The notes under the pieces: generated by a model | Told to the model about the DNA's origin: nothing | Database searches by the model: none | Seen by the model: only the letters and a program-made list of their open reading frames with translations | In this document: positions 19,487 to 30,381 of the stretch, in pieces | Numbering within the stretch: the stretch's first letter is position 1 | How the letters are laid out: the number at the start of each line of letters is the position of its first letter | Source of the DNA: an uncultured Chloroflexota bacterium | GTDB lineage: Bacteria; Chloroflexota; Anaerolineae; Caldilineales; Caldilineaceae | Assembly: GCA_903858085.1 (NCBI GenBank) | Contig: CAIOHJ010000103.1 | Coordinates: forward strand, 21,598-85,597 | Direction of reading: 5' to 3' | DNA: 64,000 nucleotides | Position numbers and translations under genes: made by a program

Positions 19487-20086
19487 ATGTCGCCAGAGTT
19501 GATTAACACGATCGGCACCATTGTCGGTGTGCTGGTTGCCGGGCTGGGGGCCTTTTTGTTTGCGTTCTGGATCGCGATGGGGATCTGGACCTTCAACGAC
19601 ATCCGGTCGCGCACCCATGACTGGCTGGTCATCTTGCTGGCGGTGACCTTGGTGTTGATCTTCCCGCTGATCGGCTTCATTCTCTATCTGATGATTCGTC
19701 CCAAGGCGACCCTCGCCGAAATCTACGACCGTGCCCTGGAAGAAGAAGCGTTGCTGCGCGAACTGGAAGAGACCCGCACCTGTCCTCAGTGTGGTCTGCC
19801 GGTTCAGGAGGGCTGGGTGTACTGCCCGAACTGCCACAACCAGCTGCAGCATTCCTGTCCGACCTGTGGCAAGCTGGCACGCAACGAGTGGGAGATCTGC
19901 GTCTTCTGCGGTGCTCCGCAGATGGCAGTACGGCCCCAGCTGGTCCCCCCTGCCGCCCCGCTCCAACCGGCTGTGCCGGTCGCTGCCCGCAACCCGTTGC
20001 GCCGCGAACCGCTGGCCCCTCCCCCCGGACGCAACGTCGAGCTCGACGAGCCCGCCTATCGCCCGGTCCAACGTCCCCCCGAATAA
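19487..20086 (+). CDS. Membrane protein with double zinc ribbon
   Basis: Three TM segments, then CPQC/CPNC/CPTC/CVFC and a Pro-rich tail. Confidence 0.85.
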   Translation: MSPELINTIGTIVGVLVAGLGAFLFAFWIAMGIWTFNDIRSRTHDWLVILLAVTLVLIFPLIGFILYLMIRPKATLAEIYDRALEEEALLRELEETRTCPQCGLPVQEGWVYCPNCHNQLQHSCPTCGKLARNEWEICVFCGAPQMAVRPQLVPPAAPLQPAVPVAARNPLRREPLAPPPGRNVELDEPAYRPVQRPPE

Positions 20087-20102
20087 TGTTGATGCCTTCT
20101 GT

Positions 20103-20133
20103 GCCGTGGCGACGGTGTCGCCACGGCTTTTTT
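20103..20133 (+). terminator. Intrinsic terminator
   Basis: GCCGTGGCGAC/GTCGCCACGGC 11-bp stem followed by TTTTTT. Confidence 0.9.
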
Positions 20134-20156
20134 GTGTCGGTTTTTGGGCGCTCTTT

Positions 20157-20669
20157 TCAGCTGACGGCGAGCAGCTCCGCCTGGGTCACACGCATCAACT
20201 CGGCGATCTGCAGCCGCATCATGGTCTGGTCGTCGCCGCCGCCGGCAAAAATTTCGATGTCTGGCCGCAGCTGTTGCATGCTGGCGTCGAGGATCGCAGG
20301 CACTGGGGTGCGGTGGCCAAACGGCGGCACCCCGCCAGCCGGATAGCCCAAGGTTGCGAGCACGACGGGGGCTGGAGCCAGCACGACCCGTTTTTTGCCT
20401 ACCCCAAACCGCTCTGCCAGCCGCCCTTTATCGACCCGCCGCTCGCCGTAGCTGATCACCACGATCGGAAGTGCCGTGTCGCCTCCAGGCTGTTCGACCA
20501 AAAACAGCAGGGTCTTGACGATCTGGTCGGGGGCCACCCCCAACGCCGCTGCTGCTGCCGGAACAGTTGGGGTGTGGCCCAGGTCGAACAGCAGCTCGGC
20601 CTGGATCTGGTTCTGCTCGACAAAGCGCAGCAGGTCAGCTGGGGTCCAAGGTTCGGTCGGGCCGCTCAT
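20157..20669 (-). CDS. YbaK/EbsC-family aminoacyl-tRNA editing protein
   Basis: TVPAAAAALGV..QIVKTLLF, GYPAGGVPPFG, GGG motifs. Confidence 0.88.
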   Translation of the reverse strand: MSGPTEPWTPADLLRFVEQNQIQAELLFDLGHTPTVPAAAAALGVAPDQIVKTLLFLVEQPGGDTALPIVVISYGERRVDKGRLAERFGVGKKRVVLAPAPVVLATLGYPAGGVPPFGHRTPVPAILDASMQQLRPDIEIFAGGGDDQTMMRLQIAELMRVTQAELLAVS

Positions 20670-22230
20670 CGGTTGGCTCCTCGTCTTGTGCAAGGTCGGT
20701 GAACTGCACCACCCACACGGTGCGGGTGGTGCCGGTGATTCGGGCGCTGTGTGACTGTGCCAGCCCGCAGACCCAGAGCAGCCGTCCGTCGCTGCGGTCC
20801 ACAAGAACAGGCCAGCCGGGGCGCAGGGCCGGGGCAATTTTGGCGTCGGTAAACAGTTTGCCGAGTGTTTTGTGCCGTCCTCCCATGCCCAGCGGGTCGA
20901 TGCGTTGGCCGGGCACTGCGGCACAGAGCACAGGCTCCTGGATCTGGTCGGCATCCAAGAAAAGCTGCCAGCGTTGCCCAGAAGGCTGCCTGACACACTT
21001 CAGCGCTGCCCGTTCCACCAGCCTGCAGGAGAGCTGCCAGCCGCCCACAGCCGTTTTTCCGGTGCGTGGCAGCGGCTCTGCCAGCTGGCGGTCGGCTGGC
21101 GCCAGCCAGGGGCCGGGCGGGGCCAGCGGAAGCTCCCCGTGGAGGTGCAGGGAGAGACAAAGCCCCTGCCCTGGCAGCGCCACCACACTCCAGGCCAGCG
21201 GGCCAGCCAGCGGGTGGGGGCCTGAGGTGCGGCTGGCCCGGCGCAGCGCTGCTGCCAGCGTCTCCAGCCGGTCGGCGCCGACCTCGCGCAGATCGCGGGC
21301 GAGCCGGTTCACCGCCAGCCGCAGCACCCCCTGCTGGCTGGCAGGGTCCAGCTGCTGCAGGCCAGCCAGGTCGAGCAGCAGGTACCGGGCGGAGGAGCGC
21401 TGTGGCTGGCGCATAAGCCGTTCGAGGGTCTCTACATCCAGCCTATGCAGCCGGTCCGCCTCTGTCGCCAGGACGCGCGCCGTGCGCGCCAGCGTGGCCA
21501 CGATCGAAGGGGCCTGCTGCTGCAGCAGCGGCAGGAGTTGCTGGCGAATCCAGTTGCGGCTGAAGCGTTCGTCCTGGTTACTTTCATCCTCGTCCCAGAC
21601 AAGCTGCTGCTGGCGGGCGTAGGCAACGATGCTGGCACGGGTCGCTTCCAGCAGAGGGCGGAGAAGGTGTACCGGCCGTTCGGCCAGATTGGGGTCTGTC
21701 AGGAGGGTCAGCGGGCGCATGGCAGCCAGCCCCTGGACCCCGCTGCCTTGCAGCAGCCGGAGCAGAACGGTCTCGGCCTGGTCGCCGGCATGGTGGGCCA
21801 CGGCGACCAGAGCGGTTTGTGGCGAGGGCGCCAGGTCGTTGGCCAACGCGCACAGAAAGCGGTAGCGCGCCCGGCGGGCCGCCGCCTCCAGCCCGGACGG
21901 GTCTGCCCGGAGGGCTGCGCTGTCCAGGCGAATGCTGTGCCAGGGCAACCCCAGCTGCTCGGCCAGCTGGTGCACCTGGTGGGCCGTTGTGGCCGAAGAG
22001 GGGCGCAGGGCATGGTCGACGTGGGCCACATGGAGCAGCAGCTGGCGGGTGGGAGCCAACTGGTGCAGCAGATGGAGCAACACCACGCTGTCGACGCCGC
22101 CGCTGACCCCCACAACCAGCGGTTGGGGGCCGTGGCTGCTGGGTGGCAACAGGCGCTGGCAGGCCTGCCAGAGCAGACTTGCCAGCGGATGCTCCCATCG
22201 AGGTGGACGAACCGGTGCGCAATGTGCCAT
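20635..22230 (-). CDS. tilS: tRNA(Ile)-lysidine synthetase
   Basis: PP-loop VSGGVDS, EAAARRARY, AHHAGDQAETVL, RPLL, DESN...RNWIR, TilS_C region. Confidence 0.93.
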   Translation of the reverse strand: MAHCAPVRPPRWEHPLASLLWQACQRLLPPSSHGPQPLVVGVSGGVDSVVLLHLLHQLAPTRQLLLHVAHVDHALRPSSATTAHQVHQLAEQLGLPWHSIRLDSAALRADPSGLEAAARRARYRFLCALANDLAPSPQTALVAVAHHAGDQAETVLLRLLQGSGVQGLAAMRPLTLLTDPNLAERPVHLLRPLLEATRASIVAYARQQQLVWDEDESNQDERFSRNWIRQQLLPLLQQQAPSIVATLARTARVLATEADRLHRLDVETLERLMRQPQRSSARYLLLDLAGLQQLDPASQQGVLRLAVNRLARDLREVGADRLETLAAALRRASRTSGPHPLAGPLAWSVVALPGQGLCLSLHLHGELPLAPPGPWLAPADRQLAEPLPRTGKTAVGGWQLSCRLVERAALKCVRQPSGQRWQLFLDADQIQEPVLCAAVPGQRIDPLGMGGRHKTLGKLFTDAKIAPALRPGWPVLVDRSDGRLLWVCGLAQSHSARITGTTRTVWVVQFTDLAQDEEPTDERPDRTLDPS

Positions 22231-22483
22231 CTTCGTCGAACAGTATACAGCGTTTCCTCTCTGGCAAAGAAGTGCCGGGGAAGAAACGCAACTCCTGCTC
22301 CCTCGCACAACTTTGCAAGAACATTTTTGAAGGCCGTCCGTCTATGCTATACTGACATATAATTTTTGCATGGTGCTCTCTGGCGGAGAGTGGAGAGCTG
22401 CAGCAAGGGCGATGGCAGGCAACCGGAGAGCAGATCGATGGGCTTTACAACCGGGTCGAGGGTAACGAGGAGAAGCGCAACGC

Positions 22484-23551
22484 GTGAACAATCCGCTTGA
22501 TTGGCTGTTGGGGCTCTTTTCTCTCGACATTGGGATCGATCTGGGAACAGCCAACACGCTGGTCCATGTAAAAAATCGTGGAATTGTCATCAACGAGCCT
22601 TCTGTGGTTGCGATCGACATCTCTTCCCGGCGCCGCAACCGAGTCAAGGCGGTCGGCAGCGATGCCCGAGAGATGGTCGGGCGCACCCCAGCCCACATCG
22701 TGGCCATCCGGCCGCTGCAAGATGGGGTCATCTCTGATTTTGATGTCACCGAGCAGATGATCCACCATTTCATCGGCAAGGTGCACGGGGGGCGGTTTGG
22801 CGCTGCCCGCCCGCGCGTGGTGATCGGCATCCCCTCGGGGGTCACCGAAGTCGAAAAGCGGGCGGTGCGGGATGCTGCGATCAGCGCGGGGGCACGCGAG
22901 GCAGGGCTGGTCGAAGAGCCGATGGCGGCGGCGATCGGAGCAGGGCTGCCCGTTACGGAGTCGGTTGGCTCGATGATCGTCGACATCGGCGGCGGCACCA
23001 CCGAGGTCGCCGTGATCTCGCTGGGGGGGATCGTGGTCTCACGTTCGATCCGCGTGGCTGGGGACGAGATGAACGAGGACATTGTCAACTACTCGCGGCA
23101 GAAGTACAACCTCCTGATCGGCGAGCGCATGGCCGAACGGACCAAGATCGAAATCGGTTCGGCCTACCCGCTGGAACGCGAACGGACCCTGATCCTGCGT
23201 GGGCGCAACCTGATCACAGGGTTGCCTGAGGCAGTAGAAGTCAGCTCGGTGGAGATCCGGGAGGCACTTTCCGGGTCAGTGCAAGTCATCGTCGACGCGG
23301 TCAAAGCCACCCTGGACGAGACACCGCCTGAACTGGTGGCAGATCTGATGGAGTACGGGATTGTGCTGGCGGGGGGAGGGGCCTTGCTGCAGGGGCTGGC
23401 CCAACGTCTACAAGATGAAACCCGGATGCATGTCTACGTCGCCGACAACCCGCTGACAGCCGTAGCGATGGGAACCGGCATGATTTTGGAGAAACCAGAA
23501 TTTTATCGAGAGACCTTGACCAGCATGCAGCGCAAAGCGATGATTCGCTAA
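22484..23551 (+). CDS. mreB: Rod shape-determining protein MreB
   Basis: IDLGTANT, EEPMAAAIG, DIGGGTTE, LAGGGALL. Confidence 0.97.
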   Translation: MNNPLDWLLGLFSLDIGIDLGTANTLVHVKNRGIVINEPSVVAIDISSRRRNRVKAVGSDAREMVGRTPAHIVAIRPLQDGVISDFDVTEQMIHHFIGKVHGGRFGAARPRVVIGIPSGVTEVEKRAVRDAAISAGAREAGLVEEPMAAAIGAGLPVTESVGSMIVDIGGGTTEVAVISLGGIVVSRSIRVAGDEMNEDIVNYSRQKYNLLIGERMAERTKIEIGSAYPLERERTLILRGRNLITGLPEAVEVSSVEIREALSGSVQVIVDAVKATLDETPPELVADLMEYGIVLAGGGALLQGLAQRLQDETRMHVYVADNPLTAVAMGTGMILEKPEFYRETLTSMQRKAMIR

Positions 23552-23578
23552 CTTTGTTCACAGACACTGTCGTTTTCT

Positions 23579-24505
23579 ATGCGTAGCACGGAACGAAGAC
23601 CGCGCACGGTCGGTGATTTAGGGGTACGAATCGGGCTGCTCTCTTTGGCAGCGTTGCTCTTGCTGGCGTTGCAACTTTCCGGCAACTTGCAGCCTGTTCA
23701 AAATTTCTTGACGCAGCTGACCATGCCTGCCCAGTTGAGTGCGACCGGGCTCACAACAGCGTTCAGCCAGCTGATCGAGAGCGTGCTCCAGATGCGCACG
23801 CTCAACCAGGAGTTGGCTGTGCTCCAAAGCCGTTCTCGCCAGCTGGAAGCAGAGCTGCAGACCCTGCGCGAGGTCGAAAAAGAAAACGAAACGCTGCGCA
23901 CCCTGCTGAACTTTGCCCAGACACGCCCACGTCTGGAGCTGCGCGGGGCCCAGATCGTGGCCCGCGTCGTCGGCGAGGAAAGCACCAATTTTATCGACAC
24001 CCTCCTGATCGACCTGGGGGCCGTGCACGGCCTCCGCTCTGGAATGCCCGTTGTCACCGATCAGGGGCTGGTGGGGCGTATCAGCTCGGTGACGGAAAAC
24101 AATGCCAAGGTGCTTTTGCTCAGCGACCCCAGCAGCCTGGCCAGCGCGCTGTTGGCTGACAGCCGGCTGAACGGGATCGTGCGCGGGGACACCGGCAACC
24201 ATCTGGTGATGGACTTTCTGCCCCAGGGGCCGACCTTTGCAGTCGGCGAGGCGGTCCTGAGCTCTGGGCTGGGGGGCCAGTTTCCCCGTGGCCTCACGAT
24301 CGGCACGATCGACACGATCGAATCCCAGCCCAACGCAGTCTTTCAGACCGCGACGGTGCGCCCGGCAGTCGATTTCAGCAGCCTGGAGCTGGTGATGGTG
24401 ATCACCAACTTTGCACCGAGCCAGGGGCTGAACGACCTGCTGAACCAGGCCGAGGAGGCTGCCCCTGCACAGAACGCCCCTGCACAAGAGGAGACGGCAC
24501 CATGA
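23579..24505 (+). CDS. mreC: Rod shape-determining protein MreC
   Basis: TM, coiled coil, GLVGRI, VLSSGLGGQFPRGLTIG; synteny. Confidence 0.93.
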   Translation: MRSTERRPRTVGDLGVRIGLLSLAALLLLALQLSGNLQPVQNFLTQLTMPAQLSATGLTTAFSQLIESVLQMRTLNQELAVLQSRSRQLEAELQTLREVEKENETLRTLLNFAQTRPRLELRGAQIVARVVGEESTNFIDTLLIDLGAVHGLRSGMPVVTDQGLVGRISSVTENNAKVLLLSDPSSLASALLADSRLNGIVRGDTGNHLVMDFLPQGPTFAVGEAVLSSGLGGQFPRGLTIGTIDTIESQPNAVFQTATVRPAVDFSSLELVMVITNFAPSQGLNDLLNQAEEAAPAQNAPAQEETAP

Positions 24506-25017
24506 ACCGCGGGGCCTTGTATTATTTGATGGTTCCACTCTTGTTGCTCTGTGCCTTGTTGCAGTCGACGACGCTGGCTCGATTCAAGCTGGCCGGGGTC
24601 AAGCCTGAGCTGGTGCTGCTGGTGGTGGTGATAGGGGCCATGGTCTACGGCGCACGGTCAGGTGTGCTGTGGGCTTTCGTGGCAGGGATCGGCCTGGATC
24701 TCTTCAGCGGGGGCCCCTTTGGCGCCTCCAGCCTGGCTTTGATGGCGAGTGCACTGGTGGCCGGGCTGGGGCATCGCCCGTTTTCCCGCTTCAACCTGCT
24801 GGTGCCGTTGGCCGCTGCCGCCTTGGGCACCCTGGCCTTTGCTGCGGTCTATCTGGGCCTCCTGGCGGTGCTGACAACGGCCGGCTTCTCTGTGCCGCAG
24901 CTGCCGCTGGGGGGGACGCTCCAGGACATTGTGCTGCCAGTCACGCTGTACAATGTGGTGTTGATGTTGCTGGCGATCCCGCTGTTGAATCGTCTGCCTG
25001 AAAGCCAGGATGTGTAG
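24502..25017 (+). CDS. mreD: Rod shape-determining protein MreD
   Basis: Hydrophobic, KPELVLL, GIGLDL..G motifs; synteny. Confidence 0.9.
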   Translation: MNRGALYYLMVPLLLLCALLQSTTLARFKLAGVKPELVLLVVVIGAMVYGARSGVLWAFVAGIGLDLFSGGPFGASSLALMASALVAGLGHRPFSRFNLLVPLAAAALGTLAFAAVYLGLLAVLTTAGFSVPQLPLGGTLQDIVLPVTLYNVVLMLLAIPLLNRLPESQDV

Positions 25018-25063
25018 CGCCTTCCCGCTGTTGTGAGATGTGCTGGACTTTGAGCGAGTGATC

Positions 25064-27244
25064 ATGTTTGAAGAACGCACGGGAAAAGACACGGCCGATA
25101 TCACGATGGCGATTTTTCGTCTGGGCATTGTGGTCACGTTTGTGGTCATGGTGGCCCGCATGTTTGACCTGCAGGTGCTGCAGGCGGGCCGCTACGCCGC
25201 GCTGGCCAACCAGAACCGCCTGTTGCGCATCGAATCGCCCGCCCCGCGCGGGGTGATCTACGACCGCAACGGCACGATCCTGGTGCGCAATCGCCCCTCC
25301 TTCGAGGTGGCCTTGGTGCCAGAAGATCTGCCCACCGATACACTGGAGAGCGAAGAGGTCGACGAGGAGGCTGTCGAGATCGAGAAGATTCTGCGCATTC
25401 TGCAGGCCGACCGTGACTCAGAAGTCGCCTTGCGCATGGCTGAAATTTTGTTCAACAAACTGGGCTACGACGACTTTATCCGTACAGTCGAAGCCGTCAA
25501 TGTCCAGGTTTCGTATCTGGACGATCCCGCTTTTGTGACCCCAGTCACCGACGGCGGACGGATGGTGATGGCTGCGCCGCTCGAAGTGTACCTGCCTGAC
25601 CTGGACAAGGTGCTGCCGCTGGAGGGGCTGGTGGCGCTCGTCAAACGCACGGTGGCGATCCAAAGCATGGGGAGCGCCTCCGACCCTGTGCCGATCCTGG
25701 ACGGCGTCGACCGCATCCGTGCTTTTGAAATTTCGGAGGACAGCTTTCGGATTCCAGCGGTGCGTGTGACCCAGGTGCCAGTGCGGGAGTACCTCTACGG
25801 CGACCTGCTCAGCCACGTCCTGGGCTTTTTGGGGCCCATCCCGGCCTTCGCCGCCGAGACCTATCGCCAGAGCGGCTACAACAACCCCAACGAACGGGTA
25901 GGGCTAAACGGTCTGGAGTACACCTACCAGACCGAGCTGCGGGGGACGCCGGGCGTGCGCTATTCGGAACGCAACATCCTGGGGATCGATGTGCGCACCA
26001 TCGGGCCGGAGGTCGAGCCGGTGCCGGGCTGGAATCTGCATCTGACCATCGACTGGCGCCTGCAGTCGATCATGCGTGCGGCTTTGCAGGCGAAGATGGA
26101 GGAGGTCGGTGCTCCATGGGCCGTGACCGTTGCAATGAACCCGCAAAGCGGCGAGATTTTGGGCATGGTCAGCCTGCCCTCTTACGACAACAACATCTTT
26201 GCCGAACGGATCGGCGAAGAGTATCTGCTTCTGGAACAGGACGAACGGCGCCCTTTGATCAACTATGCGATCGGCGGCCTCTACCCGCCCGGCTCCGTCT
26301 TCAAAATGGTGACCAGCCTGGCCGGCCTCGCTGAGGGGGTGATCACCCCAGAGACCCTCGTCGTCGATGCTGGCCCGATCTATCTGCCCAACCGTTATTT
26401 CCCCAACGACCTGACCCAGGCACAAAAATTTGTGAGCTGGAACCACAAAAACGGGGTCGTGCATGGCCGGATCAACGTGGAAAGCGCGCTGGCACTTTCC
26501 AACGATATCTTTTTTTACTATCTGGGCGGCGGCTATCTGGAAGAATTTGTCGGACTTGGCCATGTGTTGCTCAGCAAATGGACCGAACTGTTTGGGTTTG
26601 GTGAGAAGACCGGCATCGACCTGCCGGGAGAGGTCACTTCGCTGGTGCCGACAGACCAGTGGAAACGTCAGCTTTTTGCAGAACCCTGGACGACCGGCGA
26701 CAGCTACAACATGGCAATCGGCCAGGGGTATGTGCTGGCAACCCCGCTGCAAGTGCTGGTAGAGACCGCAGCGCTGGCCAATGGGGGCACCTTGTATGTC
26801 CCCAAGGTCGTCCACCATATGACCGATGCCAACGGAGGGGTCCAACGCGACTTCCAGCCAGAGGTCAAACGCCAGCTGCCGGTCGACCCGGAGGATATCG
26901 AAGTGGTCCGCCGGGGCATGTGGGATGTGGTCAACGCCAGCTATGGGACTGGGCAGGTCGCCCGGGTTGCTGGGGTGGAGGTGGCTGGGAAAACGGGGAC
27001 CGCCGAGTTTTGTGAGTATCTTCCCGAAAAGAGCGACTGCCGCCGCGACGAAAAGGAGTTTCTGCCTTTTCATTCCTGGTTCAGCGCCTTTGCGCCTTAC
27101 GACAACCCAGAGATTGCCGTGGTCACTTTTGTCTACGACGGCGGTGAAGGCTCTGCTGTCGCTGCCCCGATCACCCAAAAAATCCTGGAAGGCTACTTCA
27201 CCGAGATCGCACCTCGCCCACAGCCTGTGGCAACGGAACCGTGA
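25064..27244 (+). CDS. mrdA: Penicillin-binding protein 2
   Basis: APRGVIYDRNG; SxxK (SVFK), SND and KTG motifs. Confidence 0.95.
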   Translation: MFEERTGKDTADITMAIFRLGIVVTFVVMVARMFDLQVLQAGRYAALANQNRLLRIESPAPRGVIYDRNGTILVRNRPSFEVALVPEDLPTDTLESEEVDEEAVEIEKILRILQADRDSEVALRMAEILFNKLGYDDFIRTVEAVNVQVSYLDDPAFVTPVTDGGRMVMAAPLEVYLPDLDKVLPLEGLVALVKRTVAIQSMGSASDPVPILDGVDRIRAFEISEDSFRIPAVRVTQVPVREYLYGDLLSHVLGFLGPIPAFAAETYRQSGYNNPNERVGLNGLEYTYQTELRGTPGVRYSERNILGIDVRTIGPEVEPVPGWNLHLTIDWRLQSIMRAALQAKMEEVGAPWAVTVAMNPQSGEILGMVSLPSYDNNIFAERIGEEYLLLEQDERRPLINYAIGGLYPPGSVFKMVTSLAGLAEGVITPETLVVDAGPIYLPNRYFPNDLTQAQKFVSWNHKNGVVHGRINVESALALSNDIFFYYLGGGYLEEFVGLGHVLLSKWTELFGFGEKTGIDLPGEVTSLVPTDQWKRQLFAEPWTTGDSYNMAIGQGYVLATPLQVLVETAALANGGTLYVPKVVHHMTDANGGVQRDFQPEVKRQLPVDPEDIEVVRRGMWDVVNASYGTGQVARVAGVEVAGKTGTAEFCEYLPEKSDCRRDEKEFLPFHSWFSAFAPYDNPEIAVVTFVYDGGEGSAVAAPITQKILEGYFTEIAPRPQPVATEP

Positions 27245-27254
27245 GGAAAAGAGC

Positions 27255-28406
27255 ATGAGCGAGACAGCCCGATCGGCCCCGCGGATCCACAGCGTTGCCC
27301 CCGCCGGCGAACCTGCCTTCCAATCTCGGATCGCAGACCTGCTCGACGATGTGACAGTCCCAGCAGACTCGTCTGCAGAGGACCCTGCGGCGCCCCTGCC
27401 CTCTGCGGGGGAGGAAACTCCTCTCGCCCTGAACGGGGCGGCTGGCCGTGGAGCGGTGCTGGAAGAGGGGGGCCCCTTGCTGCCGGGCGAGCCGTTGATG
27501 GGGGCTGGACGGCGTCTTCTGACCGCTGCGGAGATGACATCTTTTCTGCCCTACAAGCCGGTTGACCCTCCGAGCGAGCCAGAAGCGGAGACCCCGAAGG
27601 CACCGCTGCCCCCCGCTGCCAAGCTGCCTGGCGCTGAACAACTGATCAACCTGCGTGGGCGCAGCGATGGGGTGGTGATCGAAGTGGGACGCCAGCCGTG
27701 GCCTGAAATTTTGTCCGGGTTGACCGAACGGCTGAACCAGTCGGCCAGTTTTTTTTATCACAGCAGCGTGGCGCTCGACACCGGAACACGGCCGGTCACC
27801 GAGGAGGAACTCTCGCAGGTGGCCAAAGTGCTCTCTGAACATGCGATGACCCTGGGGCTGGTGCGCACCGCCTCGGAGCGCACCTTTCAGGCGGCGTTGG
27901 CGATCGGGATGGCAGCCACATTGGAAGCCCCCGACGGCAGCACGATGGCAGAAGCCAGCCGTGCGAGCAGCAACCTGGTTCCAAAACCTGGCGAAGAGGC
28001 TGGCTATTTTGTCTTCCGCGGCTATCTGCGCTCCGGCCACCGGCTGCAACGTACCGAACACATCCTGGTGCTGGGCGACATCAACCCGGGCGCTGAGGTG
28101 ATCAGCGACGGGGATGTCATGGTCTGGGGGCGGCTGCGCGGGGTCGTTCATGCGGGCGCACAAGGCAACCGGCGGGCGCTGGTGGCCGCGCTCGACCTGG
28201 AACCGACCCAACTTCGCATTGCCGATCTCTTCGTTCAAGGGGCGGACCCCAAACCAGGGCAGCCAGGACGTTTTTTTTGGCGCCGCTCTCAACATAAACG
28301 CCCCGAAATTGCCCGGTGGATCCAGGGACAGATTGTTGTCGAGGAGTGGGATGTCTCACGCCCAGGAGGATTGACCTCGTTGCACCGCCAAGCAGGACGA
28401 AGCTGA
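27255..28406 (+). CDS. minC: Septum site-determining protein MinC with long acidic/Pro-rich N-terminal extension
   Basis: LRSG, GDINPGAEVI..GDVMVWGRLRGVVHAG, PTQLRIA. Confidence 0.9.
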   Translation: MSETARSAPRIHSVAPAGEPAFQSRIADLLDDVTVPADSSAEDPAAPLPSAGEETPLALNGAAGRGAVLEEGGPLLPGEPLMGAGRRLLTAAEMTSFLPYKPVDPPSEPEAETPKAPLPPAAKLPGAEQLINLRGRSDGVVIEVGRQPWPEILSGLTERLNQSASFFYHSSVALDTGTRPVTEEELSQVAKVLSEHAMTLGLVRTASERTFQAALAIGMAATLEAPDGSTMAEASRASSNLVPKPGEEAGYFVFRGYLRSGHRLQRTEHILVLGDINPGAEVISDGDVMVWGRLRGVVHAGAQGNRRALVAALDLEPTQLRIADLFVQGADPKPGQPGRFFWRRSQHKRPEIARWIQGQIVVEEWDVSRPGGLTSLHRQAGRS

Positions 28407-28407
28407 C

Positions 28408-29199
28408 ATGACAGGGACCGTGATCACCGTGACTTCTGGCAAAGGGGGGGTCGGCAAGACGACGACCACCGCCAATCTCTGTGCGACGTTGACCCGCCTG
28501 GGCCAGCGCGTGATCGCAGTCGACGCCGACATCGGGCTGCGCAACCTTGATCTGGTGATGGGACTGGAAAACCGCATCCTGTACGACTCGATCGACGTAG
28601 CCGAGGGACGCTGCACGCTGCAGCAGGCGCTGGTGCGCGACCCACGCGCCGAGTTTCTCTACCTGCTGCCGGCGGCACAGACGCGCGACAAACACGAGAT
28701 CAGCGCAGACCAGCTCTGCACGATCTGCAAACAGCTGGTCAACCTGGCCGACTATGTGTTGATCGACTCTCCAGCAGGCATCGAACATGGTTTTGCCGCC
28801 GCGATCGCCCCTTCCGACCGCGTTTTGATTGTCACAACGTCGGATGTCAGCGCGCTGCGCGACGCCGACAAGGTGATCTATCTGCTCGAACGTGACTGGC
28901 AGCGCCAACCTGGGCTGGTGATCAACCGCTTCAACCCACGCCTGGTCAACAGCGGCGAAATGCGGGGGATCGACGATGTGCTCGATATTCTGGCGATCGA
29001 CTTGATGGGGGTGGTCCCCGAGGATGAACGGCTGATGCTGTCGACCGACCGTGGCACACCTGCCGCCTTCGACCAACGCATGTATGTGCGCCGTGCCTAC
29101 GAAAACATTGCGCTGCGTGTGATGGGACACAATGTCCCGTTGACCGACTACCATCGTCCAGGTCTGTGGGGCTGGCTGGCCAGGTGGTTCAGAAAATAG
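28408..29199 (+). CDS. minD: Septum site-determining ATPase MinD
   Basis: SGKGGVGKTT, DIGLRNLD, IDSPAGIE; C-terminal amphipathic helix GLWGWLARWFRK. Confidence 0.96.
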   Translation: MTGTVITVTSGKGGVGKTTTTANLCATLTRLGQRVIAVDADIGLRNLDLVMGLENRILYDSIDVAEGRCTLQQALVRDPRAEFLYLLPAAQTRDKHEISADQLCTICKQLVNLADYVLIDSPAGIEHGFAAAIAPSDRVLIVTTSDVSALRDADKVIYLLERDWQRQPGLVINRFNPRLVNSGEMRGIDDVLDILAIDLMGVVPEDERLMLSTDRGTPAAFDQRMYVRRAYENIALRVMGHNVPLTDYHRPGLWGWLARWFRK

Positions 29200-30381
29200 A
29201 TGTTGACACGGATCTACTGGCGCCATTTCGACTGGCTGTTGTTGGGGGTTGTCCTGCTGCTCTGCGGGGTGGGGGTTGCTGTCATTTACAGCGCCACCCG
29301 CAATTCGCCCGACCTGGTCGACTACTGGCAGCGCCAGATCAACTTTATTGGGATCGGCCTGGTTGCGCTCTTCGCTGTGGCCCTGTTTGATTACCGACAG
29401 CTTTCGCTGCTGGCTGTCCCTGCCTTTCTGGCCTTTATCCTCTCGCTGATCCTGGTCTATCTCTTCGGCGACGCCCAGGGAGGCTCGCGCAGCTGGATCT
29501 CGGTGGGAGGCACGCTGGTACAGCCGACCGAGGCAGGAAAATTTCTCCTCATCATCTTTCTGGCCTGGTATCTGAGTGGACGCCGCGAGAGCATACACCG
29601 ACTGCCCTACCTGCTGGCCGCGTTGGTGCTGCTGCTGGCACCGCTTGTGCTGGTCTATATTCAGCCGGATTTTGGGATGACCATCACCTATGCCTTCATG
29701 GGAGGGACGCTGATCCTCTCGGCGGGCATTCGCTATCAACATCTGTTGTTGTTGCTCGGCGGGGCTCTTCTGGCAATCCCTGTGCTGGCGGCCTCGCTGC
29801 AAGGGTACATGCTGGCCCGGGTCTGTATCTTTCTGCCTACCGGCGAAGACGGCCAGATCGTCGCTCCTTTGCTGAATTTTCTGCGTGCCGTCTTCAACGC
29901 GCTGCCCAGCGAATGTCTTCAGCCAGCCGCCAACACGGCAGCCTCCTACAACGTCGACCAGGCCCTGATCGCTGTGGGGAACGGTGGGTTGACTGGGATG
30001 GGCTGGACCCAGGGAACCCAGAACCAGCTGCTCTTTCTGCGGGTGCGCCACACAGATTTTATCTTCAGTGTGATCGCAGAGGAGCTGGGCATGGTGGGAG
30101 CCGCGCTGATTCTGCTGTTTTTGTTGTTTGTGGTCTGGCGCATCCTGCGCATCGCCGCCCAGGCACCCGACCCCTTTGGCCGGTTGCTGGCTGTCGGGAT
30201 TGCAGCCCTGATCTTTTTTCAAATTGTGATCAACGTCGGCATGAACCTCAAGCTGATGCCGGTGACCGGTCTGACCCTGCCTTTTATCAGCTATGGCGGC
30301 AGTTCGCTGGTCTCCATGCTCTTTGCCATTGGTCTGGCGGAGAGTGTCTCGATGCGCCAGCGCAGGATCAACGCCTATTAG
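29200..30381 (+). CDS. rodA: SEDS peptidoglycan polymerase RodA
   Basis: [37 protein letters not shown]. Confidence 0.95.
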   Translation: MLTRIYWRHFDWLLLGVVLLLCGVGVAVIYSATRNSPDLVDYWQRQINFIGIGLVALFAVALFDYRQLSLLAVPAFLAFILSLILVYLFGDAQGGSRSWISVGGTLVQPTEAGKFLLIIFLAWYLSGRRESIHRLPYLLAALVLLLAPLVLVYIQPDFGMTITYAFMGGTLILSAGIRYQHLLLLLGGALLAIPVLAASLQGYMLARVCIFLPTGEDGQIVAPLLNFLRAVFNALPSECLQPAANTAASYNVDQALIAVGNGGLTGMGWTQGTQNQLLFLRVRHTDFIFSVIAEELGMVGAALILLFLLFVVWRILRIAAQAPDPFGRLLAVGIAALIFFQIVINVGMNLKLMPVTGLTLPFISYGGSSLVSMLFAIGLAESVSMRQRRINAY

